Shown piece after piece: positions 1 through 10,104 of a DNA stretch of 64,000 nt (positions are counted from its first letter, which is position 1; every line of letters starts with the position of its first letter). The position numbers were made by a program, and so were the translations under genes. Below the pieces are notes generated by a model, which made no database searches, had not been told where the DNA came from, and saw only the letters and a program-made list of their open reading frames with translations. Origin of the DNA: Kiritimatiellia bacterium (GTDB lineage Bacteria; Verrucomicrobiota; Kiritimatiellia; RFP12; UBA1067); contig JAZQOS010000022.1 of NCBI GenBank assembly GCA_045627925.1, positions 64,063-128,062 of the forward strand, given 5' to 3'.

Positions 1-1
1 T

Positions 2-3000
2 CCGGATCTTTCGAAGATTGTCGGCACGGGTACGGTCAAGTTCTCGGGTATCGGCTATAATTTGCTTAATGGAGCGGAGGTCGGTAGCGGTATCTACGGC
101 AAGATGCCGGCGAAGACGCTGACTTTTGAAGTCGAGCAAGAAGGTGGACTGATTATCCAGAATTTCACCGGCATCATTGATGTTGGTGCGCTTTCCGGAT
201 CCAAGGGCTTCCGTTCCGACTACGGCGGTAGCAATGGTGATACCACGCGTTGTCTCCGTGCGACGCAGTATCGCAACACGACTTGGAGCGGTAATTTTGT
301 TTGCGGTAGCACTAGCGATCGCATTGGAACGTTCTATGTTGCCGGCGGTGAGAATGCGACCGAAAAGACCTTGACGATGGCCGGTGACTATACCGGGGCC
401 AATAATGTGCTTAACGTCGAGACCACGGGTTCGGTGAAGCTTACCGGATCTTGGAAGGGCAATGTTACGGTTGCCGGTGAATTCGGTGGTTCGGGTTCGG
501 TTACAGGTGCTTCGACGATCACCATCGCCAATGGCGCGAAGGTTCGCGCGGATTGGGGCGCGGTTGAGCTCAATGTTGCGCCGACCTTCGGCGGAGCGTT
601 CACGGTAACGCGGCCGGCTTCGGGCGATAAGATCATTACGCTCACCAACGCGGCTGAGAAGTACATCGATGTCGATGTTACGGTCGAGGGAGAAGATGAA
701 AAGGATTATATCCTTGAGCAGAAGACCGACGGTATCTATCTCGTTGAAGTCGGTGAGGATGGCATCGTCATCAATGTTGAGGATGGTGAGGAAGTGTCCA
801 AGACATTGATCGATGGCTACGGCTATAAGAAGACTGGCAATGGTACGCTCATTGCAACTGGTATCACGGAAGGTACGATCAAGGTCGTTGCCGGCAGCGT
901 TCGTCTCCCGAGCACGTTCGAGGGCACGGTCTTGATTCCGGAGAATGCTACGCTCGTTGGCGAAACGGGTCACATGCCGATCAACGGTACGCTCGACGAG
1001 AACTCTAAGGGTAAGATTCAGCTCCCCGCCGACTACGAAATTGGTGAGATTATCAAGGTTGACTTCACCGATATCGAGGATATGCCGATTACGATCGTCG
1101 ATAGCGATGGAGAGACGATTGACACGGGCCGTCTTGAGGTCGTCGAGGGGATGCTCATGATCAAGACCTCGGAGATTTCAACCGAATTCACCATCGCCAC
1201 GGCGATGTCGACCAGCGACGATTACAAGTTTGTCGATGGCGCGTCGATTCACTTTACGAACGATGGCGCGTCGCTCACGACAACTGGTACGATTACCGTC
1301 GATATGACCGATAAGCTGCCGATTGTCTTCGACTTCATCGACGAAGTCCCGACCAAGGCCTACACGCTGATTACCGCCGCCGAGATGGTTGATGCGGCTG
1401 ATGATCCGTTGACCGCGGAGGCGTTTGAACTTTCCGCGAGCTCCAAGTTCCCGGTGGGTATGAGCGGCGAATTGAGCATCAATGAAGATGGCGCGCTTGT
1501 GCTGACGGTGACTTCCGAAATCTATACCGAAGATGTTAAGGCGTTGCTCGAAAACAACGCGAACCTGCTTCGTCGCTTCGACGCGACGCGCGGTGTGGCT
1601 ACCGACGCGAACGGAGTGGTTACTTCTTGGACCGACCTGAGCGGTGAGATCGTGGCGCAGCCCTATGTCAATGGGCAAGTGACCGGTGCTCCGACTTACG
1701 GTAGCGACAAGATTCGCAAATATGTCGATTTCGGCGCCGCGGGTTCGGGTATGGATCTCGAATACGAGCGCGTCACCACGGCGCGTACGGTTATCGAAGT
1801 TATCGATATCGCGCAAACCGAGGCGGCGTTCCTCTTGGGCGATAAGACTGATTACCAGTTCCATCGCGGTAGCGCTGGACAGTATGGTGCAAACGGCAAT
1901 GCGAAGTTCTCCACGGTTCGCGATAACGGCGAGGTGGTCACGGACTGGGCTGGTACCAAGATCCCGACTGGCATCCGCGTAATCTCGCTCAAGCTCTCGC
2001 AAAATTGCAATACGGATTGCTTTGCGTCGGATCGTAGCGGTTGCAACAAGAATCCGAGCCGCACGGGTGGACGCAAGTTGAGCGAACTCTTGATTTTCAA
2101 TACCGAACTTACGGACGAACAGTTCAGCACCCTCGAAACCTATCTCAAGGCGAAGTGGGGTCTCAACCTCCCGCACGGCGTGTGGGATGGCGAAGCTGGT
2201 GACAATCGTTGGGATACTGCCAACAACTGGAAAGACGCCTCTGTTCCTGGTGCTGGTAGTACGGTGACGATTGCGGGCGATACCGAGCCGGTAATCGATA
2301 TTGACGGAACGGTTGAAGTCTCGATTGTTCAGAACAGTACGTTCACGATCAACTCGGGTACGCTCAAGATTACGGACACCGCGAAGATCATCGATTCGAC
2401 GATTACGCTCGGCGAAACCGGCAACCTCGAAAACTATGGTTGGCCGACCTTTACGGGTACGGTTACGATCAAAACGAATTATGCGAAGTCCATCTTGAGC
2501 AATACCGGCGGCAACCCGAGCCGGATTGAAGGTGCGCCTAATTTCGTTAAGGACGGCACGGGTACGCTTACGCTGCTGTCCTCTGCTGGCGGCAATACCA
2601 ATCCTGCCTTCGCCTCGATTATCGTGAACGGTGGTAAGCTTGTTCTTGGCTGCACGGGTAATTATGTCAATGCAACCGGCGATCTTAAGCTCTATGAGGC
2701 TGGTGCGATTGAGATTGTAAACGACAAGACGTTCAAGATAACGGGTCGGATGGATCTTACCGGCATCGACGAAGATGACGGAGTGGTCGGTGGCGCCGGT
2801 ACGCTGCAGGTTACCGAGACGACGACCTACGCGTTCCCAGAGGGCTTCGACGCGGGTGATGAGTTTGTCCTCACGACGGGCACGCTATCTGCGCCGACAA
2901 CGGCACATCAAGCGACAATTACGGTTGGTGGCGTTGAAAAGACGGTATTCTTGTCCTACGATGCGACAAAGAAGTGCGTCAGCTATTCGGAATCGGAGAA

Positions 3001-6000
3001 TATTGAGATTACGGGCGAGGCCAGCATCTCGGCAATCAACACGCAGGCGGGTGGAAGGCCGGCAGTAGTTACCATCAAGGGCGAGAATGCAGCCGTTAAG
3101 TTCGATGCGGTACCAACAGCCGGCATTAAGTTCGTCAAGGGCGAAGGCGCTCCTGATCAGCTCAAGCTCACAGTTGGCAACGGCAAGCGGTTTGTCTCGC
3201 TCGCCGAGGCAAAGCAGTTTGAGTATGAGGGCTTCTCGTCCTTCAAGTATGAATGGGCTGCTGGCGAGGTTATTTCGCTCAACTTCGGCACGGATCGGAC
3301 TGACTATCCTTCGTCGATGACGGGCGAGGGTAAGACCGATACCTTCGCGGGCGTCCAGATTCCGGACGCGAGCTGGATTAACCTCACGGGCGGCAATAGC
3401 ACGGATGTCGCGGTTGATAAGTTCTACGACTCGGACGCCGACGCGACCTTTGATATCAGCGGTATGACGGTTTCGTATAATGGCGGCAATAACGGCACAT
3501 GGAAGCCGGCCACGCAGTCGAACTATCCGTTCATGAATGGCTATCTTGACGACAACGATGCCAATAGCCCGACGGTGACGATTAAGAACGTTCCGTTCTC
3601 GACGTACGATGTTATCGTGTATATGCAGGGCGATAACGGTTCTCGCACGTTCACGCCGATTCAGATTAATGACGATCTTATGTACACCTACGACTCGACG
3701 GGTGCGATTGTCAGCGGCACTGATTTCACGGCTGAAAACGTTTGGGGCTTGGAGAACCAGACCGATATCTCGTATGAGCATAACGTAATTCGCATTACAG
3801 ACCTCAGCGGAGAAACGAAGATCAAGCCGCTCGTTTGCACGAACACTGGTCTGCGTCGTGGTACGCTCGCGGCGATCCAAATCGTCAATACCGGCACCCC
3901 GCTCGTGACCAAGTGGATCAGACAGGATTATGGCGTTGCCTCTGCTTGGGATAATGCCGACAACTGGAATAATGGAGTCCCGACCGCTAACACGATTGCG
4001 GTAATCCCGGCTGAGTCTTGGTCGGCCGTGCTTACGGTTACAGACGCTTCAGTTGCAAAATTGTTAGATGTCATGGCAATGGAAGTGTCGATTAATGGGT
4101 CTGGAGCGCAATTTGGAGGCCTTGTTTGTGACTATGGTCTTACCATTAATGGCGGTGTAGATCCAATCGTCATTGCCGGAACTATTGCCGGTGAATCGTC
4201 ATTTGGAGTTGCCCAGGTCAGTATTGATAGTGGCGTCGTTAAATTTGATGCTGCGACTTGCAATGTCAATGTTTTCATCAAGGGTAACGCGACTCTGGCT
4301 GGTTCGGGTACGATTCACGCAGTTACGGTTGAAAAGGATGCGATTCTTAAGCCGAACGCAGATGGCTTTGTGATTACTGGCGCTTGGGCGCAGAATTCCG
4401 GCGCAGAGATTAAGCCCATCAAGATCGATTGCTCGCTCATTACGGCCAGCGATGTCGAGAGCGCCATTACGCTCATCTCGCTCGATAGCGATTGCACGGG
4501 CATCATCAACGACGTTACCTTCGAGGGTGGTGCGACGGGTCTCGTCTTTGTCAAGAGCGCGGACAACAAGTCCATCATCGCCTCCAAGACGTGCATTTGG
4601 ACCGGTGCGGGCGAGAACCGCAACTGGTCGAATACCGATAACTGGCAGGGCGGCGTTGTTCCGATGGCGGGTATCCCGGTCATCATCAACCTCGGCACCG
4701 ATGCCGGCGAGTACACGATTAATCTGCCGGATAGCGCGGTGGAAGTCGACTCGCTCACCTTGAGCGGTTCGGCGACGAGCTTCGCGTTCACGGGCGCGGG
4801 TTCGCTCAGCGCGACGTCTTACGACATCAGCGGTCTCACGGCGACGACGCTCGACCTCTCCAAGACCACCTTCAACGCCGATTACACGATTCCGGCCAAT
4901 TCCACGCTAATCGTTAACGGCGCGACTTGGACGAGCGAGGCCACTTTGGGTGCGACGACCTCCAAGTTCCGTTACGACGGAGCTTACACCGCGATCAACG
5001 GCACCTTCGCGGGCGAGAAGGGTACGGTCGAAATTGGCGGTACGTTTACGGCTGATGGCGACGTCTCGCTCTCCAGTAACACCGTCATGTACGCCTTTGA
5101 CGGAGCCGTTGCCGTCAATGGCAATCTCACTGTTGGCCTTGATAATCATTCGATCGCCTACTTCAACCGCGGTACGATTAACGCCAACAAGCTGATCTTT
5201 GGCTGCAGCGTGCGCGATACGGGCTCTAGCGAAGACTATTATTTGGGCGACGGAACGTCGGCGAACGGTACGATGGTCATTAACGTCAACGAGATTGGCA
5301 TTACCCGGGCCAACGGAACTGGACTTCATGTTCACTTCCGCCAGGGTTGCACGGTGAATTTGGGCGCGGGCGGCATTCCGGACAACACGGGTTCCGATGC
5401 GTTCTACCGCAACTGGAATCTCGAGGGCGGTAAGATCGCCATCGCCGCTTCGACTTCGGTTCAGTTCAATCAGTTGCGCGACGTAATCAATCGCACCGAG
5501 TTCGAGGTTGCGGCCAATCAGACGCTTACCTTCCGTAGTGCACCCTTCACCAATTCTCACCAGACCTCGGGAACGATTGTAAAGACCGGTGACGGCTCCA
5601 TCGTGTTCGACAATGATCCATTGGTCAAGATTGAGGTTGCGGGCGGAGACGCTACAATCGCCGCCGGCTTGGAAAGCCGGATTACCGTGGTTGAAGGCGG
5701 AACCTTGAAGCTCAAGGTTACCGACGCGCAGTGGATTACTGGCTACACCTCGACGGCGACGATTCCGGATGGTGCGGATATCGTCTTCATCGCGCCCGAC
5801 GGTACGGTTATTCCGGATACCACGGGCAAGGTCCTGCCGCGCAAGCCGGCGAGCAAGACCTGGGTTGGCGACACGGGCAACTGGGATGTTGCTGACAACT
5901 GGAATCCTTCGGGTGTTCCGAGCGCGACCGATACGGTTAGGATCGAGTCGACCACCGACCTCGCTATTACCTTGCCGACCGATGGTGCGACCGTTGCCGG

Positions 6001-9000
6001 CGCGACCTTCGTGGGCGATAATGCGATTACGCTCGTTGACGGCGCGTTCACTCCTGGCGCTTTCGCCAAGATTGGAGCGGGTACGCTTTCGATGACGCTC
6101 GGCGCCGACAACAATCAGCCGATGAACATCGAAGGCACCGTTGCGTTTGTGATTCCCGAGGAGACGACTCGTACGCTTTCGGGCATCATCTCCGGCTCGG
6201 GCAAGATTGTGAAGAATGGCGCGGGCGAGCTCGTTCTTTCTGGCGCCAATACCTTCACCGGCGGCACGGAGATTACGGCGGGTACGCTCAAGTCGTCCAA
6301 TGCGGCGGCGCTGGGCGCGGGTAACGGAACCGCTCAGGATCCCGATATCGTGATTGCCAATGGCGCGAAGCTCGACTTTGCGCAGGGCAATTGCACGGCG
6401 GCGTATTGGATCGTCTCCAACGGCGGCGAGATTACCAATACCGGTAGCGACATCGGTAACGCCAACAACGGCATCAAGGGCTTGACGCTGGGCGGCAATA
6501 CGACGATCTCCGGCAACAAGATGAGCTTCTTTACAAACGGGCAGGGTGCGACGGCGATCGAGCTTAATGGTCATACGCTCGACATCAATCTCAACTCCAA
6601 CAAGGAATTGACATTGACCTCGTGCACGATTTCGGGCGAGGGTCTGGTGAACGTCAATAGCGGCATTCTCGCCTCGCGCGCACCGAGCGCCCAGACCGAC
6701 ATTACCTTTGCGAACTGCAAGGTAGTGGTCAAGAATGGCGCGAGCTTGCTCGCCGGCTGGAACTTCGTGTTCGAGGATATCGAATTCGAAGACGGCATGA
6801 CCGTCAGTGACAACGGCGAAAATGATCGCAACATTACCGTCAATGGTACGGCGAAGTTCGATGGCTCCGCGACTTGGAGTACGTACATCACTCTGATTAT
6901 CGGCGCTACCGGTACTCTGGAGAGCAGCGTCTCGATTCCGAAGATCACCTTCGCGGACGGCGCCACGGTCAAGAAGGTCGGCGATACCGTCGCCTCGATT
7001 AACGGCACTTCGGCGCTGACGCTGAGCGGCACGATCAAGCTCGATGTTACGGGCAAGACCGCGGAGAAGCTCCCTGCCGGTACCGAAATCGACGTCTTCA
7101 TGACGACGACCGAGATTACCGAGGACGATATTGGCGATATTATCGCGGCGAGCGAACAGAACTTCCAGCCGTATGTCAAGGTCTCGGAGGACGCTACGCC
7201 GGTTTACACGGTCGGTGTCATGGCCACGTATGAAGCAGAGGTAACTTGGGACGGCACGAGCGGCGACTGGACCGCGACCTCGTTCAACGGCATCCCCGGC
7301 AACTACGGCGATGACCAGCAGACCGCGATCTTCACCGACGCGGCGAGCGGCACCGACGCGATTACGGTTACCGTGGTCGAAGGTCCGCGCACCGTGAAGG
7401 GCATCTCCTTCAACGCCGCGCGCAATATCACGATCAACGGCAATGTTGTCGTGAACGGTGCGATTACCAAGACCGGTGCGGGCCGTGCCGAGATTACCGG
7501 CACTACCACGGTTTCGGGAGCGATCTCCGTAACCGAGGGTACGCTCGCCATCAACTTCGCGGCGGACTATGCGCAGGCGATTCCGGTGAACGGCGTTCTC
7601 GAAGTGAACGTGCCGCAGGGCGTGACGCGCACGCTCTCGGGCGTTATCAGCGGCTCGGGCAAGGTCGTCAAGACCGGCGCGGGTACGCTCGTACTGAGCG
7701 CGGTCAACACCTTCACTGGTGGATTGGAGATCAACGAAGGTATCGTCAAGGCGGGCGCCGAGAAAGCGCTCGGCGGTAACGGCACTGGTGAGGTGCACGT
7801 TGCTAATGGCGCGACGCTCGATAATAACGGGCAGAAGTTGGTCAATACGATCTACCTTATTGGCGATGGTGTGGATGGCAATGGTGCGTTCGTTAATAAC
7901 AGTAGTTCTGATATGGGTAACGGCATCAATACTAAGATCCGTTTGACCGGCGATGCGTCGTGGGGCGGAGCTAAATACTTCCACTTTGGTAACGCCAGCG
8001 ATGTGCAGCTCAATGGGTTCACCTTCACCAAGAAGGGTACGAATGCCTTCCCGGTGCGCGATACAACTATCAAGGGCCCGGGCAAGATTGTGGTCGCCGA
8101 AGGCCAGTTTAACAACAATGCTGGAAATAACACATTGCAAAATGTTGATCTTGAGGTGCGTGCTGGTGCGACCTTGAACATGGCTGGAGCTTCGCTCTCC
8201 GTACGCGACTTCACGTGTAACGGCACTATTACCGGTACCAGCGCCACTTTGAAGGTCAACGGCACCATCCACGGCGGAGCGACGATTCCGAAACTCGAAC
8301 TCTTCGACGGATCGAAGGTTGCGCTCGCGCAGGGCGAGTCGATTACCGTGGGCAATACGCTGACGCTTCCGACGGAGGGTAAGATTACTCTCGACGTCAC
8401 CGGGTACAACACGATTGGCGACTACACGGTCATCACGGCTCCCAATGACGACACTTGGGATACCAACAAGGTGGAGTTTGCCGGTAACGAGGGTTGGGAG
8501 ATGTATGTCGAGGGCAATGAACTTAAGGTTAAGCTCCTTACGCTCGATGCGGACATCTCGACCAGCGAAGGTTACAACTACACGGGTGTCTCGATTGACG
8601 TTGACGTCACGCGTATCGCCGAGGGCGAGACGGCGTTCATCAAACTCGTCGTCAAGGATACCAACGGTGCGTCCATCGGTGAGATCGCCCAAGTCGAAAT
8701 CACCGGCAAGGGCTTGTATCAGGTTCCGGTCGAGAACCTGACCACGGGCGCCGATTACACCTACGAGGTGACGATTGTCGATGAAAACGGTGACATTATC
8801 GAAGGATCGAAGTCCGATGACGGAACGGTCACGCTTGGCGACGTTCAGAAGAGCGATCTCTTCAGCGCGAGCGCCGAAACGGGCGCAAGCGTCGTCGATG
8901 GCGGCAGTTGGACCGCGAACGAGCCGGAAATTCCGACAATCGAATCCGAATCCGAGGAAGAAGAGATCGCGGCGACCAATGCGACCTACTATCAGATCGC

Positions 9001-9991
9001 GGACGACGTTACCAGCGTCTTCACGGTTGCTGACACCGTCGAGTCCGGCGATCTCGTGTCCATCGACTTCGAGATTGCTTTCGATGACGGCTTCACGACC
9101 GAAATCGATCCGACCGAAGATACTCCGCCGCAGGCGGGTGTCACCATCTCCGCCGAGGCGGAATCGGCTACGAAGTATTGGTATGTCTGCGACAACGGGG
9201 CATGGAAGGCCACGACCACCGAGGCGATTCCGGGCGCTTACACGGTCACGATGGAGTTCGACTACCCGAACAAGAAGGTTCGCTACTCCATCAACGGCAC
9301 TCCGCTCACCGACGGCTCGAAGTTCTGGTTCGACAATGGCGTTCAGGATGCGACCAAGATCGCTACGGTTGCCTTCACCGGCGACAGCCGACTCACCAAG
9401 TTCGGAGCGAATGCGGTTACGATCGACACCAACCTTGCTGCGAACGGCAATACCAAGTACGCGACGGTAACCGACGTTGTTAACGCCATTAACGCCGGCA
9501 CTTCGATTACGCTCCTCACGAACGTGTCGATTGACTCGGCGGATCTCAACGCCGGTGTGTATACGATCGACTTGGACGGCAACAAGTTCAAGTGGAGCGC
9601 CGACGTCAGCAAGTTCATCACCTTCAAGGAGGGCAAGTTCGTCGTGAAGGCGATTACCGACGCTGATAAGCCAAAGAACGGTGTTGACAGCTACACGAGC
9701 TACGTGTTCAACCTCGACGCCGAGGAGCCTACCGACAAGCCGTTCATCAAGCAGACCGGTGACGTCAAGGCCGACAAGCTGACCTTCAAGTGCTACCACG
9801 GCCTGAATGGCGAGCCGATTACCGCGATTAGCGATAAGGCGACTTACCAGATTGAGGTGGCGACCGATCCTGCGTTCGGCACTGACACGGTGCTCAGCCC
9901 GAAGGCGAAGGTCAATCAGCCGATTGACGTCGAGCTTCCGTCCGGCACCTCCAAGGTTCTCTACTACCGCGCGAAGCTCATCGCGGAGTAA
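2..9991 (+). CDS. Giant surface/secreted repeat protein, 5'-partial (>3,300 aa), with PATR (autotransporter-associated beta-strand) repeats, beta-helix-like segments and one LamG/ConA-like module
   Basis: Frame 2 is open from the window edge (no stop before the TTG at 62) to TAA at 9989-9991. Repeated motifs include VKNGAGELVLSGANTFTGGTEITAGTLK and VKTGAGTLVLSAVNTFTGGLEINEG. There are five W-x-G..W..NW module heads and a LamG-like block at nt ~1565-2170. A strong hairpin terminator lies directly downstream. Confidence 0.9.
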   Translation, partial: PDLSKIVGTGTVKFSGIGYNLLNGAEVGSGIYGKMPAKTLTFEVEQEGGLIIQNFTGIIDVGALSGSKGFRSDYGGSNGDTTRCLRATQYRNTTWSGNFVCGSTSDRIGTFYVAGGENATEKTLTMAGDYTGANNVLNVETTGSVKLTGSWKGNVTVAGEFGGSGSVTGASTITIANGAKVRADWGAVELNVAPTFGGAFTVTRPASGDKIITLTNAAEKYIDVDVTVEGEDEKDYILEQKTDGIYLVEVGEDGIVINVEDGEEVSKTLIDGYGYKKTGNGTLIATGITEGTIKVVAGSVRLPSTFEGTVLIPENATLVGETGHMPINGTLDENSKGKIQLPADYEIGEIIKVDFTDIEDMPITIVDSDGETIDTGRLEVVEGMLMIKTSEISTEFTIATAMSTSDDYKFVDGASIHFTNDGASLTTTGTITVDMTDKLPIVFDFIDEVPTKAYTLITAAEMVDAADDPLTAEAFELSASSKFPVGMSGELSINEDGALVLTVTSEIYTEDVKALLENNANLLRRFDATRGVATDANGVVTSWTDLSGEIVAQPYVNGQVTGAPTYGSDKIRKYVDFGAAGSGMDLEYERVTTARTVIEVIDIAQTEAAFLLGDKTDYQFHRGSAGQYGANGNAKFSTVRDNGEVVTDWAGTKIPTGIRVISLKLSQNCNTDCFASDRSGCNKNPSRTGGRKLSELLIFNTELTDEQFSTLETYLKAKWGLNLPHGVWDGEAGDNRWDTANNWKDASVPGAGSTVTIAGDTEPVIDIDGTVEVSIVQNSTFTINSGTLKITDTAKIIDSTITLGETGNLENYGWPTFTGTVTIKTNYAKSILSNTGGNPSRIEGAPNFVKDGTGTLTLLSSAGGNTNPAFASIIVNGGKLVLGCTGNYVNATGDLKLYEAGAIEIVNDKTFKITGRMDLTGIDEDDGVVGGAGTLQVTETTTYAFPEGFDAGDEFVLTTGTLSAPTTAHQATITVGGVEKTVFLSYDATKKCVSYSESENIEITGEASISAINTQAGGRPAVVTIKGENAAVKFDAVPTAGIKFVKGEGAPDQLKLTVGNGKRFVSLAEAKQFEYEGFSSFKYEWAAGEVISLNFGTDRTDYPSSMTGEGKTDTFAGVQIPDASWINLTGGNSTDVAVDKFYDSDADATFDISGMTVSYNGGNNGTWKPATQSNYPFMNGYLDDNDANSPTVTIKNVPFSTYDVIVYMQGDNGSRTFTPIQINDDLMYTYDSTGAIVSGTDFTAENVWGLENQTDISYEHNVIRITDLSGETKIKPLVCTNTGLRRGTLAAIQIVNTGTPLVTKWIRQDYGVASAWDNADNWNNGVPTANTIAVIPAESWSAVLTVTDASVAKLLDVMAMEVSINGSGAQFGGLVCDYGLTINGGVDPIVIAGTIAGESSFGVAQVSIDSGVVKFDAATCNVNVFIKGNATLAGSGTIHAVTVEKDAILKPNADGFVITGAWAQNSGAEIKPIKIDCSLITASDVESAITLISLDSDCTGIINDVTFEGGATGLVFVKSADNKSIIASKTCIWTGAGENRNWSNTDNWQGGVVPMAGIPVIINLGTDAGEYTINLPDSAVEVDSLTLSGSATSFAFTGAGSLSATSYDISGLTATTLDLSKTTFNADYTIPANSTLIVNGATWTSEATLGATTSKFRYDGAYTAINGTFAGEKGTVEIGGTFTADGDVSLSSNTVMYAFDGAVAVNGNLTVGLDNHSIAYFNRGTINANKLIFGCSVRDTGSSEDYYLGDGTSANGTMVINVNEIGITRANGTGLHVHFRQGCTVNLGAGGIPDNTGSDAFYRNWNLEGGKIAIAASTSVQFNQLRDVINRTEFEVAANQTLTFRSAPFTNSHQTSGTIVKTGDGSIVFDNDPLVKIEVAGGDATIAAGLESRITVVEGGTLKLKVTDAQWITGYTSTATIPDGADIVFIAPDGTVIPDTTGKVLPRKPASKTWVGDTGNWDVADNWNPSGVPSATDTVRIESTTDLAITLPTDGATVAGATFVGDNAITLVDGAFTPGAFAKIGAGTLSMTLGADNNQPMNIEGTVAFVIPEETTRTLSGIISGSGKIVKNGAGELVLSGANTFTGGTEITAGTLKSSNAAALGAGNGTAQDPDIVIANGAKLDFAQGNCTAAYWIVSNGGEITNTGSDIGNANNGIKGLTLGGNTTISGNKMSFFTNGQGATAIELNGHTLDINLNSNKELTLTSCTISGEGLVNVNSGILASRAPSAQTDITFANCKVVVKNGASLLAGWNFVFEDIEFEDGMTVSDNGENDRNITVNGTAKFDGSATWSTYITLIIGATGTLESSVSIPKITFADGATVKKVGDTVASINGTSALTLSGTIKLDVTGKTAEKLPAGTEIDVFMTTTEITEDDIGDIIAASEQNFQPYVKVSEDATPVYTVGVMATYEAEVTWDGTSGDWTATSFNGIPGNYGDDQQTAIFTDAASGTDAITVTVVEGPRTVKGISFNAARNITINGNVVVNGAITKTGAGRAEITGTTTVSGAISVTEGTLAINFAADYAQAIPVNGVLEVNVPQGVTRTLSGVISGSGKVVKTGAGTLVLSAVNTFTGGLEINEGIVKAGAEKALGGNGTGEVHVANGATLDNNGQKLVNTIYLIGDGVDGNGAFVNNSSSDMGNGINTKIRLTGDASWGGAKYFHFGNASDVQLNGFTFTKKGTNAFPVRDTTIKGPGKIVVAEGQFNNNAGNNTLQNVDLEVRAGATLNMAGASLSVRDFTCNGTITGTSATLKVNGTIHGGATIPKLELFDGSKVALAQGESITVGNTLTLPTEGKITLDVTGYNTIGDYTVITAPNDDTWDTNKVEFAGNEGWEMYVEGNELKVKLLTLDADISTSEGYNYTGVSIDVDVTRIAEGETAFIKLVVKDTNGASIGEIAQVEITGKGLYQVPVENLTTGADYTYEVTIVDENGDIIEGSKSDDGTVTLGDVQKSDLFSASAETGASVVDGGSWTANEPEIPTIESESEEEEIAATNATYYQIADDVTSVFTVADTVESGDLVSIDFEIAFDDGFTTEIDPTEDTPPQAGVTISAEAESATKYWYVCDNGAWKATTTEAIPGAYTVTMEFDYPNKKVRYSINGTPLTDGSKFWFDNGVQDATKIATVAFTGDSRLTKFGANAVTIDTNLAANGNTKYATVTDVVNAINAGTSITLLTNVSIDSADLNAGVYTIDLDGNKFKWSADVSKFITFKEGKFVVKAITDADKPKNGVDSYTSYVFNLDAEEPTDKPFIKQTGDVKADKLTFKCYHGLNGEPITAISDKATYQIEVATDPAFGTDTVLSPKAKVNQPIDVELPSGTSKVLYYRAKLIAE

Positions 9992-10009
9992 TCTCGCTGG
10001 CCCAAAGCC

Positions 10010-10050
10010 AAACAAGAAGGAGCGGCTTCCCCGCTCCTTCTTGTTTTTCT
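10010..10050 (+). terminator. Rho-independent terminator: 16-bp perfect stem, 5-nt loop, T-tract
   Basis: AAACAAGAAGGAGCGG (10010-10025), loop CTTCC, CCGCTCCTTCTTGTTT (10031-10046), then TTCT. It starts 19 nt after the stop codon of the giant gene. Confidence 0.85.
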
Positions 10051-10086
10051 CCAAAACTTCGTCTTCTTTCTTTCTACGCAAAAATG

Positions 10087-10095
10087 TGGTATAAT
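10087..10095 (+). promoter_or_regulatory. Extended -10 box TGGTATAAT, 9 nt upstream of the sulfatase ATG
   Basis: TGG at 10087-10089 plus TATAAT at 10090-10095. There is no Shine-Dalgarno before ATG 10105. The -35 is weak (TTCTTT). Confidence 0.45.
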
Positions 10096-10104
10096 ACCAA
10101 CACT

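Noticed and set aside
2-9991. The giant proteins as classical type Va autotransporters or T9SS/PEP-CTERM cargo
   Set aside because: Neither C-terminus (...VLYYRAKLIAE; ...QTIVTPVEYK) shows a ~270-aa beta-barrel translocator with a terminal aromatic residue. Neither shows a PEP-CTERM motif with a TM helix, or anything I can confidently call a T9SS CTD. PATR repeats alone do not define the secretion route.
4907-10081. A 1,724-aa minus-strand ORF over the 3' half of giant gene 1
   Set aside because: This is the same shadow-ORF situation. It is codon-aligned to the sense frame, has an Arg/Gly/Val-rich nonsense composition, and runs through the sense terminator.
10084-10104. The ORF-track start (ATG 10084) for the sulfatase
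   Set aside because: This ATG sits just 5' of the TGGTATAAT -10 box (10087-10095), so a transcript from that promoter would not contain it. It would add MWYNTNT in front of a perfect signal peptide that starts at ATG 10105.
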